Position numbers and translations under genes: made by a program
Notes under the pieces: model-generated
Told to the model about the DNA's origin: nothing
What the model saw: only the letters and a program-made list of their open reading frames with translations
The model's database searches: none
Shown: piece after piece, positions 27,929-37,406 of the stretch
Numbering within the stretch: position 1 is the first letter of the stretch
Layout of the letters: each line of letters starts with the position of its first letter
NCBI GenBank assembly: GCA_963729895.1
Contig: CAVSQB010000022.1
Location: 64,001 to 128,000, forward strand
Source of the DNA: an uncultured Fibrobacterota bacterium
GTDB taxonomy: Bacteria > Fibrobacterota > Chitinivibrionia > Chitinivibrionales > FEN-1185
Length of the DNA stretch: 64,000 nt
Direction: 5' to 3'

Positions 27929-29800
27929 ATGAAGTTTGATATCATAGTTGTCGGCGGCGGTCATGCCGGCATTGAAGCCGCCCACATTTGCGGCAAGAAG
28001 CGGCTTCGAACGCTTCTTGTGACTTCTCATTTAGATCTGATCGGCCAGATGTCCTGCAATCCTGCTATCGGCGGAATTGCAAAAGGGAACATTGTCCGTG
28101 AAATTGACGCACTTGGCGGAGTAATGGGCGGGATTACCGACAGGGCGGGGATACATTTTAAGATGCTCAACAGGACAAAGGGCATGGCGGTGTGGGGAAA
28201 CAGGGCTCAGGCGGACAAGAAATTGTACCGGACCCTGGCGCGCCAAGTTCTTGAAAATCAACCTACCCTCTTTTTGCGGCAGGGGTTGGTTGTGGAAATT
28301 CGAACGCAAGGCGGCAGGGTTCGCGCCGTTGTAATGGACAGCGGAGAGGAGATCGAGGCTTCGGCAATTGTCCTGGCCATGGGAACATTTCTCAATGGCG
28401 TGGCGCACATCGGGCTCACCTCCTTTGCGTCCGGAAGGCTTGGGGAGCCACCGTCCAGCCGCCTTACGGAATCGTTGAGAGAATGCGGCATTGAGTGCGA
28501 CAGATTAAAGACCGGAACGTCCCCAAGGATCGACGGCCGCACGGTGGATTATCAAAAGATGGAGGTCCAGGAAGGAGACGAATCGCCCTGGCCGTTTTCT
28601 TTTTCCTCAAACTATAAACCGCAGAACAGGGCCGTCTGCTGGGTGACCAGATCGTCGGCGCAAACTCATGAAATTATCCTTTCCAATCTTCACAGGTCGC
28701 CTCTGTACACCGGAAAGATCAAGAGCGTCGGTCCACGGTACTGTCCATCAATCGAGGACAAAGTGGTGCGGTTTGGAGAAAGGGATGGTCATACATTATT
28801 TTTAGAACCTGAGGGACTGGGCACGAGCGAGATGTATCTCAATGGATTGTCAACGAGCCTGCCTTTTGATGTCCAGGTTCTCATGGTGCAAAGTGTTCCG
28901 GGGCTGGAACGCGCGTCTATTATGAGGCCGGGATACGGAATAGAGTACGACTATTTTCCACCAACACAGCTGTTGCCGAGTCTGGAATCCAAGAAGGTTG
29001 AAAATCTGTTCTTTGCGGGTCAGATCAATGGGACGTCCGGGTATGAAGAAGCAGCATGCCAGGGCCTGGTAGCCGGGATCAACGCAAGCGGAAAGATTCT
29101 TGGAGAGGAGCCGCTGATACTGGGCAGGGACACCGCGTATACCGGCGTGCTCATTGATGATCTGGTCACTAAAGGAACGCGGGAACCGTACCGGATGTTC
29201 ACCTCTCGCGCCGAGCATCGTCTGATGCTCCGTCAGGATAATGTCGACGAGCGCCTGATGCCTGTTGCAGCGAAAAAAGGACTGATCACTCAAGATGTGT
29301 TTGAAGAAAGAAAAAGAATCTGGGACGAGAAAGAGCTTCTCAGGAAGAAAATATCCGCGGCCAGGATTGTGCCTGAAGATTGGAACCGTGGAAAAAAGGA
29401 TGCTTCTTCGATCAGGACAACAGCAAGGGCCGAAGCCTTGTTAAGAAGGCCGGAAGTAAGAATTGAGGAAATACTTGACGCTATCGGTGAGAGAATTGAA
29501 GATCGGGAAATTCGGTCCGGAGTCGAGGCGGACATCAAATACAGCGGATTCGTCGAAAAAGAAAAGGAACAATTGGAGAAATTCCGCAGAATGGAGAACG
29601 AAAAGCTTCCGGAAAATGTTGATTACGAACGAGTGGAGGGGCTCCTGACGGAATCGAGAGCCAAGCTTGCAAAAGTGCGGCCGGTATGCCTGGGGCAGGC
29701 ATTGAGGATTCCCGGGGTAACGCCGGCGGACATATCTGTTCTTATGGTATATTTGTCAAAACTCAAGAATGTTTCACGTGAAACAACGGTGCACAAATGA
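27929..29800 (+). CDS. mnmG: tRNA uridine modification enzyme
   Basis: GGGHAG, MSCNPAIGG, GPRYCPSIEDK, AGQINGTSGYEEAA. Confidence 0.98.
   Translation: MKFDIIVVGGGHAGIEAAHICGKKRLRTLLVTSHLDLIGQMSCNPAIGGIAKGNIVREIDALGGVMGGITDRAGIHFKMLNRTKGMAVWGNRAQADKKLYRTLARQVLENQPTLFLRQGLVVEIRTQGGRVRAVVMDSGEEIEASAIVLAMGTFLNGVAHIGLTSFASGRLGEPPSSRLTESLRECGIECDRLKTGTSPRIDGRTVDYQKMEVQEGDESPWPFSFSSNYKPQNRAVCWVTRSSAQTHEIILSNLHRSPLYTGKIKSVGPRYCPSIEDKVVRFGERDGHTLFLEPEGLGTSEMYLNGLSTSLPFDVQVLMVQSVPGLERASIMRPGYGIEYDYFPPTQLLPSLESKKVENLFFAGQINGTSGYEEAACQGLVAGINASGKILGEEPLILGRDTAYTGVLIDDLVTKGTREPYRMFTSRAEHRLMLRQDNVDERLMPVAAKKGLITQDVFEERKRIWDEKELLRKKISAARIVPEDWNRGKKDASSIRTTARAEALLRRPEVRIEEILDAIGERIEDREIRSGVEADIKYSGFVEKEKEQLEKFRRMENEKLPENVDYERVEGLLTESRAKLAKVRPVCLGQALRIPGVTPADISVLMVYLSKLKNVSRETTVHK
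29770..29785. other. parS site within mnmG 3' end
   Basis: Perfect TGTTTCACGTGAAACA. Confidence 0.9.
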
Positions 29801-30480
29801 ACAAAACCAGCAAAGTTTACATGGAACGAGCAAAGCAGAGTTACGAGCTCAAAGAACTTGAACGGCTTGGGTTGACGCCCACGCTGGAACAGCGAGACAT
29901 GATTCTCAAGTTCATCGCAGTGCTTCTGAAATGGAATGCTGCCGCCGGCCTCATTTCGCCCGGAGACGAAGACCACCTTTTCTTGCGGCATTTTTGTGAT
30001 TCTCTGCAGCCGCTTCTTCTTTTCGGGTTCAAGAAGAACGCGAAAATTTTGGACATCGGATCGGGAGGCGGATTTCCATCAATTCCAATCAGGATTTTCA
30101 GACCCGATTTAACCTTTGTTCTGACGGAATCAAACAGAAAAAAGTGCATGTTTCTCACGCAAGTAAAAACCGACCTTCTGCTTGAAAACGTGGATGTGTA
30201 CACAGGAAGGGTGGAAAAACTGCCAATGCCGGAACGGCGATTCGACTACGTGATAAGCCGGGGGCTGGGGACAATGCAGAAATTTTCTCAACTTGCAAGG
30301 CGTCTATTGGCGCCGGATGGTCACATGTACACGTTTAAAACAAAGCAATTTGCCCAAGAATTGGATACTATCACATCAAGCAAGGACAAGGACGGCATCA
30401 AAATAAGTGAGATCGCCGAATACGATCTCGGAAACCAGATATTCGGTCTTAATCTGGTTTCGCTGGAATTGATGAAATAG
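29797..30480 (+). CDS. rsmG: 16S rRNA m7G527 methyltransferase
   Basis: RHFCDSL, LDIGSGGGFP; synteny. Confidence 0.95.
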   Translation: MNKTSKVYMERAKQSYELKELERLGLTPTLEQRDMILKFIAVLLKWNAAAGLISPGDEDHLFLRHFCDSLQPLLLFGFKKNAKILDIGSGGGFPSIPIRIFRPDLTFVLTESNRKKCMFLTQVKTDLLLENVDVYTGRVEKLPMPERRFDYVISRGLGTMQKFSQLARRLLAPDGHMYTFKTKQFAQELDTITSSKDKDGIKISEIAEYDLGNQIFGLNLVSLELMK

Positions 30481-30627
30481 CGGGCCGGTTTAATATCAAG
30501 GCTCCGGGGCGACCACAATCAAGTCGCGCCCCTCTACCCATTCTTGCAGTACAACTCAGAGTGAAGTACATAATCCCCAAACCGATCAGAGAGAATGAAG
30601 AGTAAACGGCTTTAGGAAAGGTTTCTT

Positions 30628-31410
30628 TTGGGAAGAATAATTGCGGTATGCAATCAGAAGGGCGGTGTGGGAAAAACCACCACGTCAATCAATCTTGCTG
30701 CGACACTTGCCGTCGCCGAACATAAGACGCTGCTGATAGATATGGACCCTCAGAGTAATGCCACCACAGGAGTCGGGGTCGAAAAGAAAAACACGGAACA
30801 CTCCATGTACGAGGTCATCACTCGCAGGAAAAAGCTGGACAAGGAAATCTCGCTTTCGGACATTATTCTTGCCAGCAAAGACATGAAGTTCTTGTTTGTG
30901 GCCCCGGCCAGTCCCGATCTTGCCTCCGCTGAAATTGAGCTTGTCAATGTTATTGCGAGAGAAAAATGCCTCAAGAACGCCGTCGATCCGATACGCAACG
31001 AGTACGAATACATCATTATCGATTCGCCCCCGTCCCTCGGACTCCTCACCGTCAACATCCTCGCCGCCGCAGATTCCGTCCTCATCCCGATTCAATGCGA
31101 GTATTATGCGCTTGAAGGTCTCGCGGAACTTCTTCATACCGTTCGCCTGGTCCAGAAGAACCTCAACTCCAAACTCGTGATCGAAGGCGCCCTGCTTACC
31201 ATGTACGACGGCAGGCTCAACCTCTCTCGCCAAGTTGCCGAGGACGTACGGTCTTGCTTCTCGGGAAAAGTTTTCGAAAGCGTTATCTCCCGAAACGTCA
31301 AGCTTTCCGAGGCCCCCTCGTTCGGAAAGCCCATTATTCTCTACGACATCATGTCCTCCGGATCCGAAAACTATTTGAATCTTGCAAAGGAAATCATGCA
31401 CAATGGCTAG
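30628..31410 (+). CDS. parA: Chromosome partitioning ATPase
   Basis: NQKGGVGKTT, DPQSNAT, IDSPPSLG, EAPSFG. Confidence 0.97.
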   Translation: MGRIIAVCNQKGGVGKTTTSINLAATLAVAEHKTLLIDMDPQSNATTGVGVEKKNTEHSMYEVITRRKKLDKEISLSDIILASKDMKFLFVAPASPDLASAEIELVNVIAREKCLKNAVDPIRNEYEYIIIDSPPSLGLLTVNILAAADSVLIPIQCEYYALEGLAELLHTVRLVQKNLNSKLVIEGALLTMYDGRLNLSRQVAEDVRSCFSGKVFESVISRNVKLSEAPSFGKPIILYDIMSSGSENYLNLAKEIMHNG

Positions 31411-32290
31411 CGGTCATTCTCGAAGAGCGCTGGGAAGGGGCCTTTCAAACCTTATTCCGCAGGACAGCGAAGAAAACGGAAGCGACAACGAAGTGGTTCT
31501 GGTCGACAGCAATTCCATCCGTCCAAACCCCTTCCAGCCGCGGCGGGAATTCAACCAGGGAGAATTGGAAGGCCTGGCCGAGAGCATAAAAAGCCAGGGC
31601 CTTCTCCAGGCCATTATACTGAGGAAGAAAGTTGACGGATACGAGATAATTTCCGGTGAGCGCAGGTTCCGTGCCCTCCGGCATCTTGGTCACGACAAGA
31701 TTCCGTGCGTCATCAAGCCGAAGGTGTCGGATCGAGAAATGATAGAAATGGCTCTCGTGGAAAATATCCAGCGGGAAGACCTGAATGAAATTGAACAGGC
31801 TGCGTCGTATCAGCGCCTTCTGCTTGAATGCGGCCTTTCCCACGAAGACCTGTCGAAGAGAGTAGGTAAGAGCAGGAGCGCCGTTACCAATTCGCTTCGA
31901 CTCTTGAAACTACCGGGACAACTTCAAAGCTTACTGATGCATGGCGAGATAAGCATGGGGCACGCGAGAGCGCTGCTGTCAATAGAGGATACCCAAAAGC
32001 AATTAGAGCTGGGCAAAAGGATCGTCTCGCACGGACTATCGGTGCGCGAAGCGGAGGAAGCGGTGCAGCTGGGCAGGGAAAAGCGACTGCGTGCCGGGAG
32101 CAGCGGGGCAGGGAAACGCGCCCCGGGCGAGAACGACCCAAACGCCGCCACGCTCATTGAGAAAATGCAGTACAAATTCGGGACCATGGTTTCAATTGTC
32201 AATTCACATAACGACAAGGGCAAAATCGTCATTCACTTCTATGGCAGAGCCGATTTTGACCGGATTGTCGACCTTCTTGCGCGCGGGTAA
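31403..32290 (+). CDS. parB: Chromosome partitioning protein
   Basis: LGRGL, NPFQPR, GERRFRA, ENIQREDL. Confidence 0.97.
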   Translation: MASGHSRRALGRGLSNLIPQDSEENGSDNEVVLVDSNSIRPNPFQPRREFNQGELEGLAESIKSQGLLQAIILRKKVDGYEIISGERRFRALRHLGHDKIPCVIKPKVSDREMIEMALVENIQREDLNEIEQAASYQRLLLECGLSHEDLSKRVGKSRSAVTNSLRLLKLPGQLQSLLMHGEISMGHARALLSIEDTQKQLELGKRIVSHGLSVREAEEAVQLGREKRLRAGSSGAGKRAPGENDPNAATLIEKMQYKFGTMVSIVNSHNDKGKIVIHFYGRADFDRIVDLLARG

Positions 32291-32309
32291 GCGCGCGGGT
32301 AAGCGCGGG
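32279..32309 (+). repeat. 12-bp tandem duplication at parB stop
   Basis: GCGCGCGGGTAA x2 plus a partial third copy. Confidence 0.7.
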
Positions 32310-32364
32310 GCCGGGAACAGTCGGAAACACTCATCGCCCGTTGTCGGGCGGCAAAAGTCACCCC

Positions 32365-33237
32365 ATGCAGCAGAAAAAAAAGTATTACACCATCATGTTT
32401 ATTCCGGAGGGCAACACCCGGACCTTCTCGATGCATGTCCACAAAACCATCGTTTATTCTCTGGCGTTGTTTTTCTTGGTTTTTCTTGTCGGATTCGTCC
32501 TTCTTGTCGTGAAGTCCGGAGAAATCGCCGCAAAACTCCAGTTGGTCTACATCCTCACGAGCGAAAACAAGCGCCTGAAGGAAGAGAACAAAAAGGTGAC
32601 CTACGTTGCGGAAAGACTGGACAGAATAGAACAGCTCGGCCGGTACCTGCAGAGAATCGCCGGAACATCCGCTGCCGATCAGAAGAAGAGCCAGGGCGCG
32701 ACGGCGGGAGCCAAGGGGGGTCGCGACGAAGCGGCGCTTCTGACCAGTGTGGACGAAACGCTCGACAGCGTGCAACGATCTTCCACAACGGATACCGGCG
32801 CGGACCGCCGGCGCGGGGCGGCCACCGAAGTATACGTTGCGGCGCTTCCCAACATACAGCCGGTAATTGACGGATGGATAACGAGGAGATTCCTGGCCGA
32901 AGCCAACGACACGGAACAAGCGCACAACGGCGTCGACTATGCAGCGACACAGGGAACGCTTATCCGCGCAACGGCCCCGGGCATCGTGGAAGACGTTTTC
33001 AACGACAGATATTTCGGACTCATGCTGACGATAAAGCATGGATTCGGAATGTCCACAAGGTATGGCCACTGCTCGCAGATTCTCGTATCGAAGGGAGATC
33101 ACGTGGAGCGGGGCCAAACGGTTGCCCTTGTGGGAAATACGGGCAGGTCCAGCGCCCCGCATCTTCACTACGAGGTCCTTAAGGACGGCAGAAACGTTGA
33201 TCCGGCAAAGTATATCTTCAGCAACGAAGACAAATGA
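32365..33237 (+). CDS. M23 family metallopeptidase
   Basis: HNGVD, YGH, GRSSAPHLHYEV; N-terminal TM and coiled coil. Confidence 0.92.
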   Translation: MQQKKKYYTIMFIPEGNTRTFSMHVHKTIVYSLALFFLVFLVGFVLLVVKSGEIAAKLQLVYILTSENKRLKEENKKVTYVAERLDRIEQLGRYLQRIAGTSAADQKKSQGATAGAKGGRDEAALLTSVDETLDSVQRSSTTDTGADRRRGAATEVYVAALPNIQPVIDGWITRRFLAEANDTEQAHNGVDYAATQGTLIRATAPGIVEDVFNDRYFGLMLTIKHGFGMSTRYGHCSQILVSKGDHVERGQTVALVGNTGRSSAPHLHYEVLKDGRNVDPAKYIFSNEDK

Positions 33238-33250
33238 GAAGGAGAGAAGC

Positions 33251-33604
33251 ATGGACAAAAGTAATGACAAGGGACTGCACACGATCATGGGTGAAGGAAC
33301 TTTGCTTGAGGGAACACTGACGGTTCCGCACAGTGTGCGAGTTGACGGGGTCCTCAAGGGCAAGCTTGAAACAACGGAAACGCTTACGGTTGGCACAACG
33401 GGACACATAGAAGCGGATATCATTGCCAAAAACGCCATTATCGGCGGAACAGTGCGCGGAAACCTGTCCGTGGAAGACCGGGTTGAGTTGGAGGCGAACG
33501 CTTCGCTTATCGGCGATCTCAAGGCGCGCGACCTCATCATTAACGAAGGAGCCACCTTTCACGGCAACTGTGCCATGGATCTGGGAAAAAATGTCAAAGT
33601 GTGA
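33251..33604 (+). CDS. Bactofilin (polymer-forming cytoskeletal protein)
   Basis: TIMGEGTLLEGTL...VRVDG...INEGATFHGNCAM; follows M23 peptidase. Confidence 0.92.
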   Translation: MDKSNDKGLHTIMGEGTLLEGTLTVPHSVRVDGVLKGKLETTETLTVGTTGHIEADIIAKNAIIGGTVRGNLSVEDRVELEANASLIGDLKARDLIINEGATFHGNCAMDLGKNVKV

Positions 33605-33619
33605 TTTGTCTCAAGGAAT

Positions 33620-33880
33620 TTGCGATCTGGATAAACACAGAAATTTGAAGGGCAGAATTATTATTTCAGTACATAATGTGGATAACAATCAGCCTGCAGA
33701 TTTTGCCCAACATGATATATATCAAGAAGTTTCTGACAGAGCCGGCATGGTCTAACAAGTTATCAACACCTTTCACATTCATAAAGCCGGCTTTGTTGAT
33801 AACCTGTGCCTATTGCTTAAAGCCCCCGATTATCAAATAGAAACAAAATCAAGTCAAATTAATGATTTGCGGCCGGTCGA
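33620..33880. other. DnaA-box cluster (candidate oriC segment)
   Basis: TCTGGATAA 33626, TGTGGATAA 33677 (perfect), TTATCAACA 33760, TGTTGATAA 33794 in AT-rich non-coding DNA. Confidence 0.7.
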
Positions 33881-34000
33881 ATTTTTCCTCTTGTAAACAC
33901 ATCCCTTGCTCCGCTATCCATCAGAAAAGTGTGTGGTGCGCCGATTTCGTTGATGAGCTAATCGCTATGGGTTAAATTCCTCGAAGCGTGCTTCGGCTTT

Positions 34001-34094
34001 AACTCACCCCTCCTCGCTTCGCTCGGTTTCCCCTCTCTTTTCCTTCTTCATGGATGCCCGAAGGAGCACAAGAGAGGGGATTAAGGGGTGAGTT
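34001..34094. repeat. REP-like nested inverted repeat
   Basis: AACTCACCCC/GGGGTGAGTT outer arms; TCCCCTCTCTT/AAGAGAGGGGA inner arms. Confidence 0.7.
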
Positions 34095-34188
34095 GTAAGT
34101 TCAGGATACCTCGAAAGTTGCTTCTGGGTAGTTCATTCGTCGATTGCAACAATAATGGGGCTGGCGGAAAAAGGGAATGCGCGAATAG

Positions 34189-34908
34189 CTATTCGAGACT
34201 CCTCATGACTTTTTCTGCAGCCAAAGCGGGATTACCATCCTCGGTCACCGCGCGGCCGATCACCAAAAGAGTGGCGCCGTTCTGCAGCGCCTCCTTTGGC
34301 GTTGCCACACGCTTCTGATCGTGGGGATCGCCATGCGGAAGCCTGATGCCCGGCGTAACAATTTCAAACCCATCCGGCAGCAACGGCTTGACATGAGGAA
34401 GGTCGGCCGCGGAACAAACGATACCGTCGAGAAGCGCGTCCACTGCGCGAAGCGCAAGAATCTTGATGTGTTGTTCCATGGCAACCGACACATTGAGCTC
34501 GTTGAGCAATGCGGACGCGTTGATGCTCGTAAGCAAGGTGACGCCGACGATCTTGGGCGGAGTAAGGCCTTCGTCGTTGGCGGCGCGAGCCGCGGCACAT
34601 GCTGCCTTCATCATCTCCGTGCCGCCCTGGGCATGCACGGTGATGTAGTGGACGCCCAGGCGAGAGGCGGCACTCACCGCGTTTGCCACGGTTTGCGGAA
34701 TGTCATGAAACTTCAGGTCGAGGAAGACCCTGCGGCCAGATTCGAATACCACGTCGAGAATGGAGGGGCCAAAACGAGTGTACAGCTCAAGACCCACCTT
34801 AAAGGTGCCAAAATACTGTTTTGTCCGGGCCACAAGCGACCGGACTTCTGCGGGTGAATGTAAATTATCAAGCGCGAGGGCGAGAAAATCCGACCGTTCT
34901 TTTTCCAT
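34189..34908 (-). CDS. pyrF: Orotidine-5'-phosphate decarboxylase
   Basis: KVG, FLDLKFHDIPQTV, VTPGIR, DQKR, GR. Confidence 0.97.
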   Translation of the reverse strand: MEKERSDFLALALDNLHSPAEVRSLVARTKQYFGTFKVGLELYTRFGPSILDVVFESGRRVFLDLKFHDIPQTVANAVSAASRLGVHYITVHAQGGTEMMKAACAAARAANDEGLTPPKIVGVTLLTSINASALLNELNVSVAMEQHIKILALRAVDALLDGIVCSAADLPHVKPLLPDGFEIVTPGIRLPHGDPHDQKRVATPKEALQNGATLLVIGRAVTEDGNPALAAEKVMRSLE

Positions 34909-35428
34909 GAGAAGAAAATAATCGATGTCAAGGATGCTCCGAAAGGGGTGAAATGCAATGCGTTCAAACGAAGGCAGATTTTTAAATGGTCTTTTTTGAC
35001 AATGAAGCAGCAGGGAGACCGCGGCGTGTCGATCATGGATTCGAGCAGGGATCTCTGAAAAGAAAGAGCTTCGCCTCCACTCGCGGCAAATTTTTTGATC
35101 TCTCTACTGGGAACATGGTCTTTCTCTTGAATAGCGCGCAGATCCGCAGAGCGGCGTGTGCTTGCCACCCAAAGTAGAATTCCCCGTAAAATGGTGTTAG
35201 TTCAAAAAATTATGCATGGCGCGAGCAAGACGAAGCTCAGAAGTTAATATAATCAAAATTTTCAAAAAAAGATCACATTCGGAAGAAATAGTTGAAGAAA
35301 TCCGGTAATTTCCGGGCCGGGAGAGCCTTGAGTGTACGGGATACAAAGGCGCACAATGCAACGGTAAGTTATTTTGCGCGGCTGCGCAGAGAACGTATAT
35401 TATGCTCGTGCAGCAATAAAAGCATGAG

Positions 35429-36787
35429 GTGCCGGTGAGCAGTTTTGTTGTTGAGGGCGGCGTCGCATTGAAAGGCTCCGTAGCTTCCTCGGGGAACAAA
35501 AACGAGGCGTTACCGGTCATTGCCGCCTCAATGATGTGCTGCGGGACCGTGACGCTCTCCAATGTGCCGGATATCGGCGACGTGCAAAGCATGCTTTCCA
35601 TTGCGTCTTTTCTGGGGGCAAAGGTTTCGGCAATAAAGAACGGCGCCGTCACGATTGAGGTTGCGGGATCGCCCGCATCTGCCTTGCCTCTCGAATTGTC
35701 AAGCATCATCCGCGGGTCAATTCTGTTTGCCTCTTCGCTGCTTGTACGCACCGGAAAAGCCGTGATCCCCCAGCCGGGCGGGGACACCATAGGCCGGCGG
35801 AGGCTCGACACGCATTTTCTCGTATTCAAGGCGCTTGGCGCGAAACTTTCCGTGCGCCGCTCCCGCATGTCAAAGGACTCCGCGTCTCGGTTGTACGTTC
35901 TGGATGCCGCAAAAGGACTTCGCGGCGCGGACATCTGCCTCGATGAAGCGTCGGTAACGGCAACGGAGAACGCACTCATCGCCGCCGCGGGGGCCCGTGG
36001 AAAAACGACCATCGTAAACGCAGCCTCCGAGCCGCATGTGCAGGGGCTGTGCAGGTTCTTGGGGAAGGCGGGAGTGCGGATAGAAGGAATAGGATCAAAT
36101 GTGCTGACCGTGTACGGAACCGACCGGATTGACGGCGTGGAACACGCCATCGGATGCGACTACATCGAAGCGGGATCGTTTGTCGGCCTCGCCGCGGCGA
36201 CGCGCTCTCAACTGTCAATTACCAATGTCGACATCGAGCACATGAAAATGATCCTGTTTCAGTTTGCGAGGCTGGGCGTGCAGGTGGAGGTAGACCACCG
36301 GCTTCGCACCCTGCTGGTGCCGTCGCGCCAACGCATGAAAACGCGCGGGGACCTCGGCGGCGCCATTCCCAAAATAGACGATAACATCTGGCCGGCATTC
36401 CCGGCGGACCTTATGTCGATAATGATCGTTGTGGCAACGCAGGTGCGCGGGACCACGCTTCTGCACGAAAAAATGTTCGAATCGCGCCTGTTCTTTGTTG
36501 ACAAACTAATAACCATGGGCGCGCAGATCGTGCTCTGCGATCCGCATCGCGCCGTGGTCACCGGGCCGTCGCCGCTCGTGGGAGCAACCCTCTCCTCGCC
36601 CGATATCCGCGCCGGCATGGCCCTGCTTATCGCGGCGTGCGCGGCGCGCGGAACCAGCCGCATCCAGAACATAGAGCAAATCGACCGCGGCTACGAGCGG
36701 ATCGACGCGAGGCTTGCCGCACTTGGCGCACGGATTACCCGTCCTCCCGACCGCCGGGGGAGCGGAAGCGCGTCGGGAAAATTCTAG
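35429..36787 (+). CDS. murA: UDP-N-acetylglucosamine 1-carboxyvinyltransferase
   Basis: SGNKNEAL, SVTATEN, AASEPHV, FPADL, DIRAG, IDRGYE. Confidence 0.96.
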   Translation: MPVSSFVVEGGVALKGSVASSGNKNEALPVIAASMMCCGTVTLSNVPDIGDVQSMLSIASFLGAKVSAIKNGAVTIEVAGSPASALPLELSSIIRGSILFASSLLVRTGKAVIPQPGGDTIGRRRLDTHFLVFKALGAKLSVRRSRMSKDSASRLYVLDAAKGLRGADICLDEASVTATENALIAAAGARGKTTIVNAASEPHVQGLCRFLGKAGVRIEGIGSNVLTVYGTDRIDGVEHAIGCDYIEAGSFVGLAAATRSQLSITNVDIEHMKMILFQFARLGVQVEVDHRLRTLLVPSRQRMKTRGDLGGAIPKIDDNIWPAFPADLMSIMIVVATQVRGTTLLHEKMFESRLFFVDKLITMGAQIVLCDPHRAVVTGPSPLVGATLSSPDIRAGMALLIAACAARGTSRIQNIEQIDRGYERIDARLAALGARITRPPDRRGSGSASGKF

Positions 36788-36796
36788 GACCACACC

Positions 36797-37360
36797 ATGA
36801 GACGTTGCAGCGCGGCAGTGATATGCGCCCTGATCGTTGCCGGCTGCGCCGCCCCCATCAAGCAATTCTATCCGGGAACATATTTTCCGGAAGACCGCAC
36901 CTATCAGAACAAATCGATCGGCTTTTCACTCACCTACCGGGGAAGTTGGGAGCTTGTCACCGACCCCAACCTGATGAAAGAAAACAAGAAGTACGCGCAG
37001 GAATGCCAGCAATCGGGTCTGGAATTGCTGTTTGTCGGTTTCACCGCCGAGAAGATGCAGGGAACCAGATGCATCGTTGGAAATCTGAATGAAACCAGCA
37101 CGGAATGGGCGGACTATGTCCGGCGCATCAACACAACCCGCGTCGACAAGGACTTTGGAACCACCCCGGACACGCTGCACGGCATATCGATGATGCGGTG
37201 GGAGTATGCCAAAAACGAAATCAGGTTCGTCGAGTTTTTCTTTTCGGTTGACACCTATAACATTCGCGTTGCATTCTGGACTACGCCGGACTTGTACGAT
37301 AAGTTTCTTCCCGTGTACAAAGACATTATGAACACGCTGTCGATTACCGACCCGGAATAA
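36797..37360 (+). CDS. Putative lipoprotein
   Basis: Signal peptide with VAGC lipobox. Confidence 0.7.
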   Translation: MRRCSAAVICALIVAGCAAPIKQFYPGTYFPEDRTYQNKSIGFSLTYRGSWELVTDPNLMKENKKYAQECQQSGLELLFVGFTAEKMQGTRCIVGNLNETSTEWADYVRRINTTRVDKDFGTTPDTLHGISMMRWEYAKNEIRFVEFFFSVDTYNIRVAFWTTPDLYDKFLPVYKDIMNTLSITDPE

Positions 37361-37406
37361 CCGTTATGCCCACCGGTATGTCGACTCACCGAAAGGATGG
37401 CTCATC

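Noticed and set aside
32239..33555. 438-aa minus-strand ORF
   Set aside because: Antisense to M23 peptidase and bactofilin
34986..35177. 63-aa ORF between pyrF and murA
   Set aside because: No motif or RBS support
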